Shown here: in pieces, positions 28,853 to 38,395 of the stretch
Position numbering within the stretch: the first letter of the stretch is position 1
Layout of the letters: each line of letters begins with the position of its first letter
Source of the DNA: a virus
Taxonomy: Duplodnaviria > Caudoviricetes
DNA: 64,000 bases
Direction: 5' to 3' (one strand)
IMG/VR virus record: IMGVR_UViG_3300035208_003026
Span: 128,001 to 192,000 of that record
The notes under the pieces: generated by a model
Seen by the model: the letters and a program-made list of their open reading frames with translations, nothing else
Database searches by the model: none
What the model was told of the DNA's origin: nothing
Made by a program: the position numbers and the translations under genes

Positions 28853-30232
28853 ATGGGTACTGAATCTAAAACCGAGGTCTTGCAAAGAGAGGAAATAGTG
28901 AACGACATCAACGATAAGCCACAAGTAGATGAAGAAAAATTGGCCAAACTAAAAGCGCGAGCTGCGCAGAAAAGGGCCGAAGAAGAAGCAGCGCAAGCTG
29001 AACCACAGGAGGAAGTGATGCCACCACGTATTGTAGAAGATCGTAAGAAGAGTCTTCGTTTTGGTGTAATTGGCTCTGGACAATGTGGTAGTAGAATTTC
29101 TGAACAATTTTATGCTCTTGGATATCCAACGGTAGTTATGAATACAGCTCCACAGGATTTGGAAGATATCAAAGTTCCGGAACAAAATAAGCTTTTGTTA
29201 GATTTTGGTCTAGGTGGTGCTGCTAAAGATCTTAGTATTGGGTATGATGCGGCCGATGCATATCGTGCAGCAATTAACCAATTGGTTCAGACCAAACTTA
29301 GTGATGCTCAAGTTTTTGTATTCTGTACATCTCTTGGGGGTGGTTCTGGCGCTGGTTCAGTTGAAATTATTGTTGACATTCTTGCACAGATTGGAAAGCC
29401 GGTTGTAGTTCTTACTGTTTTGCCTAAGGCTTCAGAAGATTCTCAGCTTAAACACAATGCTTGGCAGACTCTTCATAAGTTCACTAAGATGTTTAACGAA
29501 GGTAAGATCGACAATATTATTACCGTTGATAATGCCAAGATTGAATCTTTGTATTCAGACGTTGGACCATTCAACTTTTTCAAAGTCTCTAATAAGGCTA
29601 TTGTTCAACCTATCGATGTGTTCAATACCATGAGTCGTCGTAAGGACGAAGGTCTCAAGGTTCTAGACTCAACTGAGTTCGGTAAATTGTTTATCGATGG
29701 TAAAGGATTTACTGTATATGGCGAGATGTCAGTTGAGGATTACGAAGATGAGATGGCAATTGCCACCGCTATCGTTGAATCTCTTAAGGGCAATTTGTTA
29801 GCTTCTGGTTTTGATATTCGCCAGGCCAGATACGCTGGTTTCATGTTAGTAGCTCCAGAGAGTGTTTGGAATAAAATTCCAAGTTCATCTTTGGATTTTG
29901 CACAGCATATGATTAATGATGCGTGTGATTCTCCACTTGCTGTTTTTCATGGTGTTTACCGTGAGGATACTGGTGAGGATTGTATCAAGGTATACAGCAT
30001 GTTCTCTGGTCTTGGTTTGCCTGAGGAGCGTATTGATCAGCTCAAGGCTGAAGCGCAAGCAAAGATGGCAAATGCTCAGCGCAAGGATGAAGACCGCAAG
30101 ATGACCATGAAGGTTGATGTTGGCGAAGAGACCATGAACAAGGTTGATGAAATTAAGAAGAAGATTCAACAGAAGGCTTCTTCATTCAACAAGTTGCATG
30201 GTGGAGCTATCAAAGATCGTCGGAAGCTATAA
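28853..30232 (+). CDS. Tubulin/FtsZ superfamily GTPase (CetZ/PhuZ-like)
   Basis: GSGQCGSRI (T1), LGGGSGAGS (tubulin signature), VDNAK, VLDSTEF (T7 loop), SGLGLP..RI. ATG at 28853 with AGGA upstream. Confidence 0.88.
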   Translation: MGTESKTEVLQREEIVNDINDKPQVDEEKLAKLKARAAQKRAEEEAAQAEPQEEVMPPRIVEDRKKSLRFGVIGSGQCGSRISEQFYALGYPTVVMNTAPQDLEDIKVPEQNKLLLDFGLGGAAKDLSIGYDAADAYRAAINQLVQTKLSDAQVFVFCTSLGGGSGAGSVEIIVDILAQIGKPVVVLTVLPKASEDSQLKHNAWQTLHKFTKMFNEGKIDNIITVDNAKIESLYSDVGPFNFFKVSNKAIVQPIDVFNTMSRRKDEGLKVLDSTEFGKLFIDGKGFTVYGEMSVEDYEDEMAIATAIVESLKGNLLASGFDIRQARYAGFMLVAPESVWNKIPSSSLDFAQHMINDACDSPLAVFHGVYREDTGEDCIKVYSMFSGLGLPEERIDQLKAEAQAKMANAQRKDEDRKMTMKVDVGEETMNKVDEIKKKIQQKASSFNKLHGGAIKDRRKL

Positions 30233-30786
30233 TGAATGAAAACCTTTATCTGGTAACAAACTTTGTACTAGACAACCTAGATGCAAAGGTTCCGGTAGTA
30301 GAAGGTTCATGGCATAAAATCACTGAGGACGAAGTCCTTTACAACTTTAGAAAACATAAAGATGTAAAGTGTCTCGTCCTTAATGGTAATGGTTTGGCCG
30401 AAATAAGAACAACCTCATTTACCGGAAAGCTCTCCGTACCTCTTGTAGCTTTGGACTTTGCGAAGACCATGGACGAATTTGTTTGTTCTGCTTGTATAGT
30501 TCAATTTAAAGAAAATTTTAGTTCGTTCAAGCAAGTTAAGCTTGGTGAACTTCAGGATTGGGTTCAGTCTTGTAAAGATGGAGCGTTTTATGCCAATGAA
30601 AAAACAAGGGGTTTCATTACGGCAGAAAATGTTCTCAACGCATCTTTACCAGATGGTGTTATAGTGTACATACCAGATTGTGTTGGGCTTATTCCTTGTA
30701 AGTTTGATAGTGATGGGAAGTTATCGAAGTTTGGGCTGAACATGATGATGGGTTATGCGGTATTTGCAAATGTGGAGGAAATATGA
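30232..30786 (+). CDS. Hypothetical protein
   Basis: ORF coupled to its neighbours by overlapping stop/start codons. Confidence 0.6.
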   Translation: MNENLYLVTNFVLDNLDAKVPVVEGSWHKITEDEVLYNFRKHKDVKCLVLNGNGLAEIRTTSFTGKLSVPLVALDFAKTMDEFVCSACIVQFKENFSSFKQVKLGELQDWVQSCKDGAFYANEKTRGFITAENVLNASLPDGVIVYIPDCVGLIPCKFDSDGKLSKFGLNMMMGYAVFANVEEI

Positions 30787-31277
30787 AATATTCACTAGTT
30801 ATCAATGCTAAAGGACCAAAACCATCAGATTTTGCCGTATATCTTACGGACGCAAAAGAACATATAGATAAGGATGCTTCTTGGTTCGCTGTTGGAAGGC
30901 TTCAGAGCGTTCATTTTAATGCAAGTTCTGATAACTTCATTCCAAAAGTAAGTGGTAGTTTTGTTGGTGTTTCGATTAGCAAGTGCGATGAACCAGATCT
31001 GAGTGGAGGTTTCAATGTCTTTTATTCAGGTTTTGCTATGATTAATGATGAAAACCAGAGAGCTTTAACTGAATTATATATTCGTAAGGGATATGATGTT
31101 ATCGGTTTAGTTAAGGAAATAGATTTTGATGTTGATGTAAATGGTAAAGCAAAGCTCTATATCGAAACTTGTAATCCGGTCGAGTTGTATGGAGATGATA
31201 CAACTCCATGGTATAAAGATATTCAAGATTGGGTAGATCTTAAAGTTATATCTTTCAAAGAGGTATCTAATGGATAA
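30783..31277 (+). CDS. Hypothetical protein
   Basis: GGAGG SD and ATGA overlap. Confidence 0.65.
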   Translation: MKYSLVINAKGPKPSDFAVYLTDAKEHIDKDASWFAVGRLQSVHFNASSDNFIPKVSGSFVGVSISKCDEPDLSGGFNVFYSGFAMINDENQRALTELYIRKGYDVIGLVKEIDFDVDVNGKAKLYIETCNPVELYGDDTTPWYKDIQDWVDLKVISFKEVSNG

Positions 31278-31383
31278 GTGGGCAATTTTGGTTTGGGACG
31301 AAGAAGAGTTGACTATGGTTACCGAGTACATTGATGGTATTTGGGGCGCTGCAACTCCAGAAGAAGAAATAGTTTGGCACTGA
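31270..31383 (+). CDS. 37-aa acidic micro-protein
   Basis: MDKWAILVWDEEELTMVTEYIDGIWGAATPEEEIVWH*, with a GAGGT SD; fills the gap between genes. Confidence 0.45.
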   Translation: MDKWAILVWDEEELTMVTEYIDGIWGAATPEEEIVWH

Positions 31384-31392
31384 CGGAGTAGA

Positions 31393-34149
31393 ATGACATC
31401 AATTGTCAGATTCGATAACTCATGTAAAATTGTTGATGAAGATGACCTGGAACTATACAAAGCCCTGGACAACGAACTCAGCTTTCAAATTAAAGGAGCT
31501 GAGTTCTCAGCGGCGTATCAAGGTTACATCAATGAGTCAGGAGAATTTGTAACTTGGGACGGTAAGCGGCATTTGCTAAATAGTAATGGTAAATTTCCTG
31601 TTGGTTTACTTCCCAGAGTTCAGGAGTTTTTTTCTCGAAGAGGAATTTATGTTCCTGTAATCGATCAGAGAACATTAAGAAGTCCATTATTAGAACTTGA
31701 TATTTCTGGTAATTTGCAGAAATTAGGAAAGATTCCACGACCATATCAAATTATGGCTGCAGAAACAGCTGTTGGAACAGATCGCGGCATTATTCGTATG
31801 GCCACGGGCGCTGGAAAGTGCAATTCTATTGATTCATTACATATAACCGAAAATGGATTATTAGATTATAAAGAACTTCTTGAAGATATTTCTTTACCAG
31901 AAGGCTGTTGTATTCCGTATGATATAAAAGTTTCTACATCTAAAGTTTTTGGTGAGACTGATTCGTCTTCTATGATTTATAGAGATGGATATGGGAAATC
32001 ATTAAAGATAACAACTTCTTATGGTTACAATTTAACAGCAACTTATAATCATAAGATTCAAGTAATAGATAAAGATGGAAATTTTGTTTGGAAGAAATTT
32101 CTGGATTTATCATGTGATGATTATGCTCTTATTTCATATAATAATATGATGTTTGGCAATGATCAAATGTCTAAAGATGAAGCTTATTGGCTTGGTTTGT
32201 TGTTTGGAGACGGTTCTTTAACATTAAAACATCAGGTAAGTTTCACAAATATGGATGAACATATTCTGAATTTTGTAAAATTATTTTTGGATAATAATAA
32301 TATTCTTTATAAAGAATATAATACAAAAAGTAAAGCTAAAAATATAAATATTTATAGTTTAAAATATAGAGATTATTTATATAATATGGGTTTTGGTTAT
32401 GAAAAAAGTATACATAAAACTGTTCCGAAGCATATACGAAAATTAAATGAAAAATCTTTAGCTATGTTTTTGCGCGGAATTTACGAAACAGATGGATGGG
32501 TTGAAAATAAAGGGTCTAAAATATGTATTTGTTTAGGTTTATCTAATAAAAAAGCAATAGATCAAATTCATTTGCTTTTAGCAAATTTTGGAATTATAGC
32601 ATCAAGACGTTTAAAGAAAACAACACATCAAGATAGTCATATATTAACAATTTATAGAGATTATATTGATGTATTTAATGATAGGATTGGGTTTGATCCA
32701 AATGGTAAAAAGTTTAAAAGAATACAACAATTAAAAAATTGTAAACATAATTCAAATCAAAAAATTTCAAATATAAAATATAGAATAAAAAGTATAATTA
32801 ACAGTGTTCCTTTTGAGAAAAAATTATGTCCTATAAAATGGGAAACTGTAAAATCATGGCTAGGAAAATGTGCATGGAGGGAACCTTCAAAAGAAAATCT
32901 TATATGTTTACTGTCTTTTATAATTAATAGATATAAATCATCTGATGCCAAGTATTTATTATTACAGATAACTGATGTTTTTTGCGATAAAATAAAAAAA
33001 ATAGAAGAAACATATGTAGATAATTATGATTTTGTTATACCAAAAACTCATAGTTTTATATCTCAGGGTTTTATAAATCATAATACACTCGTATCTGCTT
33101 TGATAGCTTCAAAGATTGGTAAAAAGGCATTGATATTAGTAATTGGTAAAGATCTTTTATACCAGACAAATAATTTTTTTACCAAAGTCTTTGGACAGGA
33201 AATTGGTATTATTGGAGATGGTAAGTGTGAGATTAGGGATATTAATGTTGCTACTATCTGGAGTGTTGGTCAGGCACTTGGAATTAAGCAAAATGCAACA
33301 ATTGATGATGATAATGATTCTGAAAAGAAAGTTGATTCTTCTAAATTCAAAAATATTAGACAAATGTTACTTGATTCTGATTTGGTCCTGATCGATGAAT
33401 GCCATCTTGCAGCTTGCGATACTGTTCAGGCAATATCTCGCAACATCAAGGGTGAATATGTTTACGGTATGTCTGCAAGTCCTTGGCGTGATGATGGTGC
33501 TGATATGCTTATCGAGGCGTTTTTGGGCCGAAAGATTGTGGATATTGGTGCTCGTAGTTTGATCGATCAGGGATATCTTGTGGAACCGAACATCAGATTT
33601 CTAGCTCCTAAACCTTACAAGTTCAAGAGTGGTCAGTATCAAAGTATCTACTCCAAGTATATCGTAGAAAATGAGCAACGAAACGGAATGGTAATCAAGG
33701 GAGCGCAGAAGTTGGTCGAGCAAGGCTTCGTCCCGCTGGTGCTGTTCCACACGATTAAGCATGGCGATACTCTGTTCAAGGAGCTGAAGAAGAGTATTCC
33801 AACCGCCTTACTGAGCGGAAAGGATAACTCAAATGTTCGAGAAAAGATCAAGACAGAATTGGAAGATGGTAAGTTGAAGTGTTTAGTTGCTTCAAAGATC
33901 TTTGACCTAGGAATTGATTTACCAATTCTATCTGGACTTGTTATTGCTGGTGGAGGAAAATCTTCTGTTCGAGCCCTTCAAAGGATAGGTCGAGTAATTA
34001 GACCATATCCTGGTAAAAATACAGCAGCTGTAATCGATTTTAGTGACCAAGCTCCTTATTTAAGTGATCATGCAGATATTCGTCGTCAAATCTATGAATC
34101 GGAGTTTAATGTTCAATGGCCACAAGAAAAAAGCAACAAGGAAAGTTAA
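31393..34149 (+). CDS. Superfamily II DNA helicase (UvsW/XPB-like), intein-containing
   Basis: PRPYQ, ATGAGK|intein|T, DECH, SASP, DLGID.P, QRIGRVIR. Confidence 0.92.
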   Translation: MTSIVRFDNSCKIVDEDDLELYKALDNELSFQIKGAEFSAAYQGYINESGEFVTWDGKRHLLNSNGKFPVGLLPRVQEFFSRRGIYVPVIDQRTLRSPLLELDISGNLQKLGKIPRPYQIMAAETAVGTDRGIIRMATGAGKCNSIDSLHITENGLLDYKELLEDISLPEGCCIPYDIKVSTSKVFGETDSSSMIYRDGYGKSLKITTSYGYNLTATYNHKIQVIDKDGNFVWKKFLDLSCDDYALISYNNMMFGNDQMSKDEAYWLGLLFGDGSLTLKHQVSFTNMDEHILNFVKLFLDNNNILYKEYNTKSKAKNINIYSLKYRDYLYNMGFGYEKSIHKTVPKHIRKLNEKSLAMFLRGIYETDGWVENKGSKICICLGLSNKKAIDQIHLLLANFGIIASRRLKKTTHQDSHILTIYRDYIDVFNDRIGFDPNGKKFKRIQQLKNCKHNSNQKISNIKYRIKSIINSVPFEKKLCPIKWETVKSWLGKCAWREPSKENLICLLSFIINRYKSSDAKYLLLQITDVFCDKIKKIEETYVDNYDFVIPKTHSFISQGFINHNTLVSALIASKIGKKALILVIGKDLLYQTNNFFTKVFGQEIGIIGDGKCEIRDINVATIWSVGQALGIKQNATIDDDNDSEKKVDSSKFKNIRQMLLDSDLVLIDECHLAACDTVQAISRNIKGEYVYGMSASPWRDDGADMLIEAFLGRKIVDIGARSLIDQGYLVEPNIRFLAPKPYKFKSGQYQSIYSKYIVENEQRNGMVIKGAQKLVEQGFVPLVLFHTIKHGDTLFKELKKSIPTALLSGKDNSNVREKIKTELEDGKLKCLVASKIFDLGIDLPILSGLVIAGGGKSSVRALQRIGRVIRPYPGKNTAAVIDFSDQAPYLSDHADIRRQIYESEFNVQWPQEKSNKES
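31819..33084 (+). mobile_element. Intein (422 aa) with LAGLIDADG endonuclease in the helicase Walker A motif
   Basis: Starts with C after GK; TYNH, LGLLFGDG, LRGIYETDG, NYDF; ends NHN|T. Visibly more AT-rich than the exteins. Confidence 0.95.
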
Positions 34150-34739
34150 GCGGTCTTACTGTTGACGGTACGCCCAATGCGTATTGGCGCAGGTTTAAAG
34201 AAAGACTTGAGGCTTATGAAGAGGTCCCAGTTAAAGACTGGAAAGAAGAGCAAATGCTCGGTCATATCATTAAGCGATACAAAGATGTAATGGAAGTTGA
34301 CTTTGCTCTTTCGTATTCTGGTCCTCCTACAAAATGTAAAGAGATTTATTGTCTTCGAAGAACAATCTTAGCTCTTGGTGCTGATGATGGTCCAACTGTC
34401 AAGCAGTATATTGATTGGGTTTTTGATACAAAAATCATACCTCAGAAGATGACAATCTCAAGTATTGCGTTCTTCTTTACCACAAATCTAGTTCTAACAT
34501 TCAAGAAAGATATGCGTAAGCAGAATCGTATATCTAGAGCAACGGAATTACCAAAAGAATATTCTGATATAGCTATTGCTTTTGAATTAGATGTAAAAAC
34601 TTATGGAGATTTAGCCTTTGCTAAGGTTGCTCTGGAAGATGATCCAAACAATGAGGATCTTAGTGTTTACTCTAATCTTTTTGGTAAATTGAGAGAGATT
34701 GGGTTTGATGATATTGTTCTAGGATCGATAGAGGGATAA
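34116..34739 (+). CDS. Hypothetical protein (replication module)
   Basis: ORF between the helicase and the loader, with overlapping boundaries. Confidence 0.65.
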   Translation: MATRKKQQGKLSGLTVDGTPNAYWRRFKERLEAYEEVPVKDWKEEQMLGHIIKRYKDVMEVDFALSYSGPPTKCKEIYCLRRTILALGADDGPTVKQYIDWVFDTKIIPQKMTISSIAFFFTTNLVLTFKKDMRKQNRISRATELPKEYSDIAIAFELDVKTYGDLAFAKVALEDDPNNEDLSVYSNLFGKLREIGFDDIVLGSIEG

Positions 34740-35161
34740 TGGAAATATCGATTGGCTCAATGATCAAGATATTCTGTCTAGGTGGTGTTATGGAAGCTGG
34801 AAAGCTGATCGAACGCACTAAAGAGCAAATGGTGCTTGAGCTGATCGATAAATCCTACACGATTATTCAGAATCCTGATCAGAACATTATCGCAATTAAG
34901 ATCTCTGCTTACGAAAGAAAGTCGAGCACCGAGGATGAGGTGTTTGTTGACGTTGAGCTAAAACCCGAACGCTATGCTCGCAAAGAGGATTTGCGAGCAG
35001 CTAGCCTTGCTGAGTTGCACAAACTTAAAGCAAATGAAGAGCGTAAAAGGGCTAGAGAAAAGCTAACGAGTTATCAATTGACAGCACAACCAGAGGTGGC
35101 TTTTGGACTTCCAGACTTCAGCAAATCCGTTTCTAAATATCCCAAGAAAAAAACTCGATGA
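34739..35161 (+). CDS. Hypothetical protein
   Basis: GAGGG SD and TAATG overlap. Confidence 0.6.
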   Translation: MEISIGSMIKIFCLGGVMEAGKLIERTKEQMVLELIDKSYTIIQNPDQNIIAIKISAYERKSSTEDEVFVDVELKPERYARKEDLRAASLAELHKLKANEERKRAREKLTSYQLTAQPEVAFGLPDFSKSVSKYPKKKTR

Positions 35162-35828
35162 TGCTCTAAGTGACATCAAAGATCATTACTCTGACCAGAA
35201 TGGCCTTCTTACAAAAGAAGGCGCTATTCTTACTGAGGTTTTCTATGGGTATTACAACTCCAATATTCCTGTGGATTATTGGTGGAGAGATATGTCCGAT
35301 TTCATCGGACCACCTATCCTTAAGAATTTCTATAATTCTTATGTAGAAGATATTAAAACAGCTTACAAAGATGGTAAGCGTGCCCGTTTGGGAGGCTCAC
35401 ATGGTGTAGGTAAAAGTATGACATGTGCGTGTATTCTCAAACGTGTTGTAGAAACTCAAAAGTATAGTACTTTGTATATTAATCTTACAGATATAATTCA
35501 TGTACTCTTAACTTCATCGCACGAAGATAAAATCTATGCCAGACAAAATCTTTTAAGTGTAGATTTTTTGGTAATAGATGAATTTGATGAGAGATTTATG
35601 GGATCAGAAAATGCTGCTGATTTATTTGGTCGTATTTTGGAACCTATTTTAAGAACAAGAATTCAAAATAGAATGCCTTTGTTAATATGTACGAATACAG
35701 CAAAAATTGAAGATTCTTTTTCTGGACCTTTAAAAGCAAGTATAGAAAGCTTATTCAACTTAATAAAGCTTGTACCTGTTATTGGTGGTAAAGATGTTCG
35801 TGCAATGATTAAAAATGGTGAGTTATGA
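35103..35828 (+). CDS. DnaC/IstB-like AAA+ helicase loader
   Basis: GSHGVGKS Walker A, VDFLVIDE Walker B, ILRTR..N..P..ICTN. Lies directly upstream of dnaB; GAGGTG precedes the TTG start. Confidence 0.82.
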   Translation: MDFQTSANPFLNIPRKKLDDALSDIKDHYSDQNGLLTKEGAILTEVFYGYYNSNIPVDYWWRDMSDFIGPPILKNFYNSYVEDIKTAYKDGKRARLGGSHGVGKSMTCACILKRVVETQKYSTLYINLTDIIHVLLTSSHEDKIYARQNLLSVDFLVIDEFDERFMGSENAADLFGRILEPILRTRIQNRMPLLICTNTAKIEDSFSGPLKASIESLFNLIKLVPVIGGKDVRAMIKNGEL

Positions 35829-37282
35829 TGGAAGAACTCGATCTCAAAGTCCTTAAAGGTATCCTTACTGATAAAGTAAATGCCTTAACATTTGCTCATA
35901 GATATGATCACACTTTATTCGATGAGGATTCTGAGCGTTTTGCTAAGCTTGTAATTGATTACATCAAGCATTTCCGTACGCCGCCCACAAAGCGTACCCT
36001 TATTGATCGGCATAAGAACAATTCCCACATTACAGACATTATTGAAGGCGCTTGGGATGAAGTGGATGCTGTTGAATCCAATGCATACGAATTCCAGTAT
36101 GATCTTGGAGAGTTAAAGAAGCGATATCAGCAACGTGCTGTGGAGATAATCCGTGAACGTGCGGCAACTGAGGATCCTGATTCTCCAGAGAATCCAGATG
36201 AGTACTTTAACAAGTTATCTCTTGAGATATCTCGCGTTACTTCTCTTGATATGGAGAGAACTCACACACAAATGCCTGTTGGGGATTATGTGGATGAGTT
36301 CCAGGAGGGCTATGATTCTAGACGCCAAAGTCCAGAAGAATCCCCTGAGATTAAGACTGGGTATTCCATGATTGATGCTGTCACTGGTGGGGTATCCCCT
36401 GGTGAACTCATTATGATAGGCGCAGAAACAAATGGGGGTAAGTCTATGATGCTTAATAACATGGGTAAACAAATTTGGATGCAGGGAAATACTCTAGATA
36501 CTGAAGGCAATTTCCAGCGTGGGTATAACATATTATATTTTTCATTAGAGATGCCATATCAGGATTGTTTTATTAGATTCTTGGCATCCCTAGCCAATGT
36601 TCCTCAAAGATCTTTGCAGAAGTCTCTTCTTACCAGAGAAGAGGAAAAAAGAGTTCAACAAGCTTATGATTTTATAAAGAGATATCAGGAAGCCGGGTAT
36701 TATTTTGACATTGTAGACGTTCCTCGAAATCTTACTATCGAGGAAGTGGAGCTAAGGTATCACGATGCCATGTTACGTTATCGCCCAGAAGTAGTCATTG
36801 TGGATTACATGGGTTTGATGCATAGCAAGGCACTTGCAAAAGAGCAAGACTGGTTGAAGCTTGGTGGGATTGCATCATCACTTCACGAGTTTGCTAGAGC
36901 TTATGATTGTGTAGTTATTACAGCTGCTCAGCTTACGGACCTTAAGAGGAATGCTGGTTCTTATAGTTCGCAAGAAGATGGTCGTCAAGTTGGTGTACAT
37001 AGATGGGGACGTTCAAGTTTGATTATGCACAACGTCAATCTAGGTATACAGATTGAAACAAGACCAAATGAGAGATCATTCCCAGATTTAAAGATTCATG
37101 TTGTAAAGAACAGAAAAGGACCATTGGGTCAAGGAAATCTCGTAAAGAATTTTGCCAATGCATCACTAGTTGATGTTCCTTTTGATCAGAGAGAAATACC
37201 CGGAGATGTATCTTCAGATATCCCAAACTTGATTAAAGCTATTCAAGATGCCAAAAATGCCAAGGCAAGCGATTCTAAATGA
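35825..37282 (+). CDS. dnaB: Replicative DNA helicase, DnaB family
   Basis: TGYSMID..TGG, GAETNGGKS, FSLEM, VIVDYMGL, AAQL, KNRKGP. Confidence 0.9.
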   Translation: MMEELDLKVLKGILTDKVNALTFAHRYDHTLFDEDSERFAKLVIDYIKHFRTPPTKRTLIDRHKNNSHITDIIEGAWDEVDAVESNAYEFQYDLGELKKRYQQRAVEIIRERAATEDPDSPENPDEYFNKLSLEISRVTSLDMERTHTQMPVGDYVDEFQEGYDSRRQSPEESPEIKTGYSMIDAVTGGVSPGELIMIGAETNGGKSMMLNNMGKQIWMQGNTLDTEGNFQRGYNILYFSLEMPYQDCFIRFLASLANVPQRSLQKSLLTREEEKRVQQAYDFIKRYQEAGYYFDIVDVPRNLTIEEVELRYHDAMLRYRPEVVIVDYMGLMHSKALAKEQDWLKLGGIASSLHEFARAYDCVVITAAQLTDLKRNAGSYSSQEDGRQVGVHRWGRSSLIMHNVNLGIQIETRPNERSFPDLKIHVVKNRKGPLGQGNLVKNFANASLVDVPFDQREIPGDVSSDIPNLIKAIQDAKNAKASDSK

Positions 37283-37455
37283 ATACACCAGATACTATAG
37301 CTAGAGCAGTAAGAATTGAGATAGATCCTCTTACTGGTGATGTATATTTGGTATTTAAGGTTATTGATGAGGCGTTTAAACAAAATGTTCGAGAAAACTG
37401 GGAGCAGGATATTGAAGTAAAGGTTCTTGGAAGAGACCTTGTAAAACGGAGTTAA
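37279..37455 (+). CDS. 58-aa hypothetical protein
   Basis: MNTPDTIARAVRIEIDPLTGDVYLVFKV...; ATGA overlap with the dnaB stop. Confidence 0.55.
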   Translation: MNTPDTIARAVRIEIDPLTGDVYLVFKVIDEAFKQNVRENWEQDIEVKVLGRDLVKRS

Positions 37456-37456
37456 T

Positions 37457-37717
37457 ATGCCATGTTATGAACATCTGTGTCAATTTTGCAAACATGAATG
37501 GGAAGATACTTACAGTATCCATGCTGAAGTACCAAAAATTTGCCCAGAATGTAAAACTGAAGGACAAGTCAAGAGACTTATTTCAGGAGGCGGATCTGTT
37601 AAAGTAGAATTGACAGGTAAAGAACTTATACAACAACTCTGGAAAGAGGGAAAGCAAATTGCCAAAGAAGCAAGAAAGAATGAAAACCTAGCTGCTAGTT
37701 TATATGGACGAAAATAG
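37457..37717 (+). CDS. FmdB-family zinc-ribbon protein
   Basis: MPCYEHLCQFCKHEWE...CPEC...VKRLIS. Confidence 0.85.
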   Translation: MPCYEHLCQFCKHEWEDTYSIHAEVPKICPECKTEGQVKRLISGGGSVKVELTGKELIQQLWKEGKQIAKEARKNENLAASLYGRK

Positions 37718-38384
37718 GAGTATTTTGAATAAGGAAACAAAAGCAGAGAGGATAAGTAATCTTCTAGAGAGATTAGTAACGCTTAGACGCAAATGTTTGA
37801 AATCAAAAAATGTAAAACTTAGGAAAGAATTTGAACAAGTCCAAGAGTTATGTATAATAGAGTTGGATTATTTGATAAGGACACATACAAGAAGATATAA
37901 AAGCTTCTCAAATTATGATGATCTTTGTCAGGATGGAAGATTAGCATTGTATTCTGCATTGCAGAATTACGAGCCTGAGAAGGGTGATTTTTATTGGTGG
38001 GCGAATAAGTACATAAAAACCAAGATTAGTCGAGAGGCCAATCGCCACTCCACTATAAAGATACCTATTAAGCATACCAAACATGTTACCCCGTATAAAG
38101 TTTCTCAGTTGCCTATTATTGTTGATAACAGTTTAAATGCTGTTGAAAATATGGAAAAAGGTGAGTTTGAGATATCTATTAGATCAGCAGTTAAAAAACT
38201 TCCTGATGACCAGCGTAGGGTAATAGAACTACATTACGAAATGAGCGGTGGTAGTTCTCATCATTCTGAATCGCAGAGCATTGGTAAAATCTGTGACAAA
38301 CTAAGTATTACTAGAGTGAATTGTATGAAACTGCTCAATGAAGCAAAAAAGACACTAAGACAAGAGCTGTCTGAAGTTTATTGA
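37704..38384 (+). CDS. RNA polymerase sigma factor, sigma70 family
   Basis: Region 2 (DDLCQDGRLALYSALQNYEPEKGDFYWWA) and region 4 (LPDDQRRVIELHY...ICDKLSITR...AKKTLR). Confidence 0.88.
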   Translation: MDENRSILNKETKAERISNLLERLVTLRRKCLKSKNVKLRKEFEQVQELCIIELDYLIRTHTRRYKSFSNYDDLCQDGRLALYSALQNYEPEKGDFYWWANKYIKTKISREANRHSTIKIPIKHTKHVTPYKVSQLPIIVDNSLNAVENMEKGEFEISIRSAVKKLPDDQRRVIELHYEMSGGSSHHSESQSIGKICDKLSITRVNCMKLLNEAKKTLRQELSEVY

Positions 38385-38395
38385 GGAAATGAAAC

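Noticed and set aside
35090-35161. Programmed frameshift fusing the 34739 ORF to the DnaC-like gene
   Set aside because: The DnaC-like ORF has its own GAGGTG SD and TTG start, so a simple overlap explains it.
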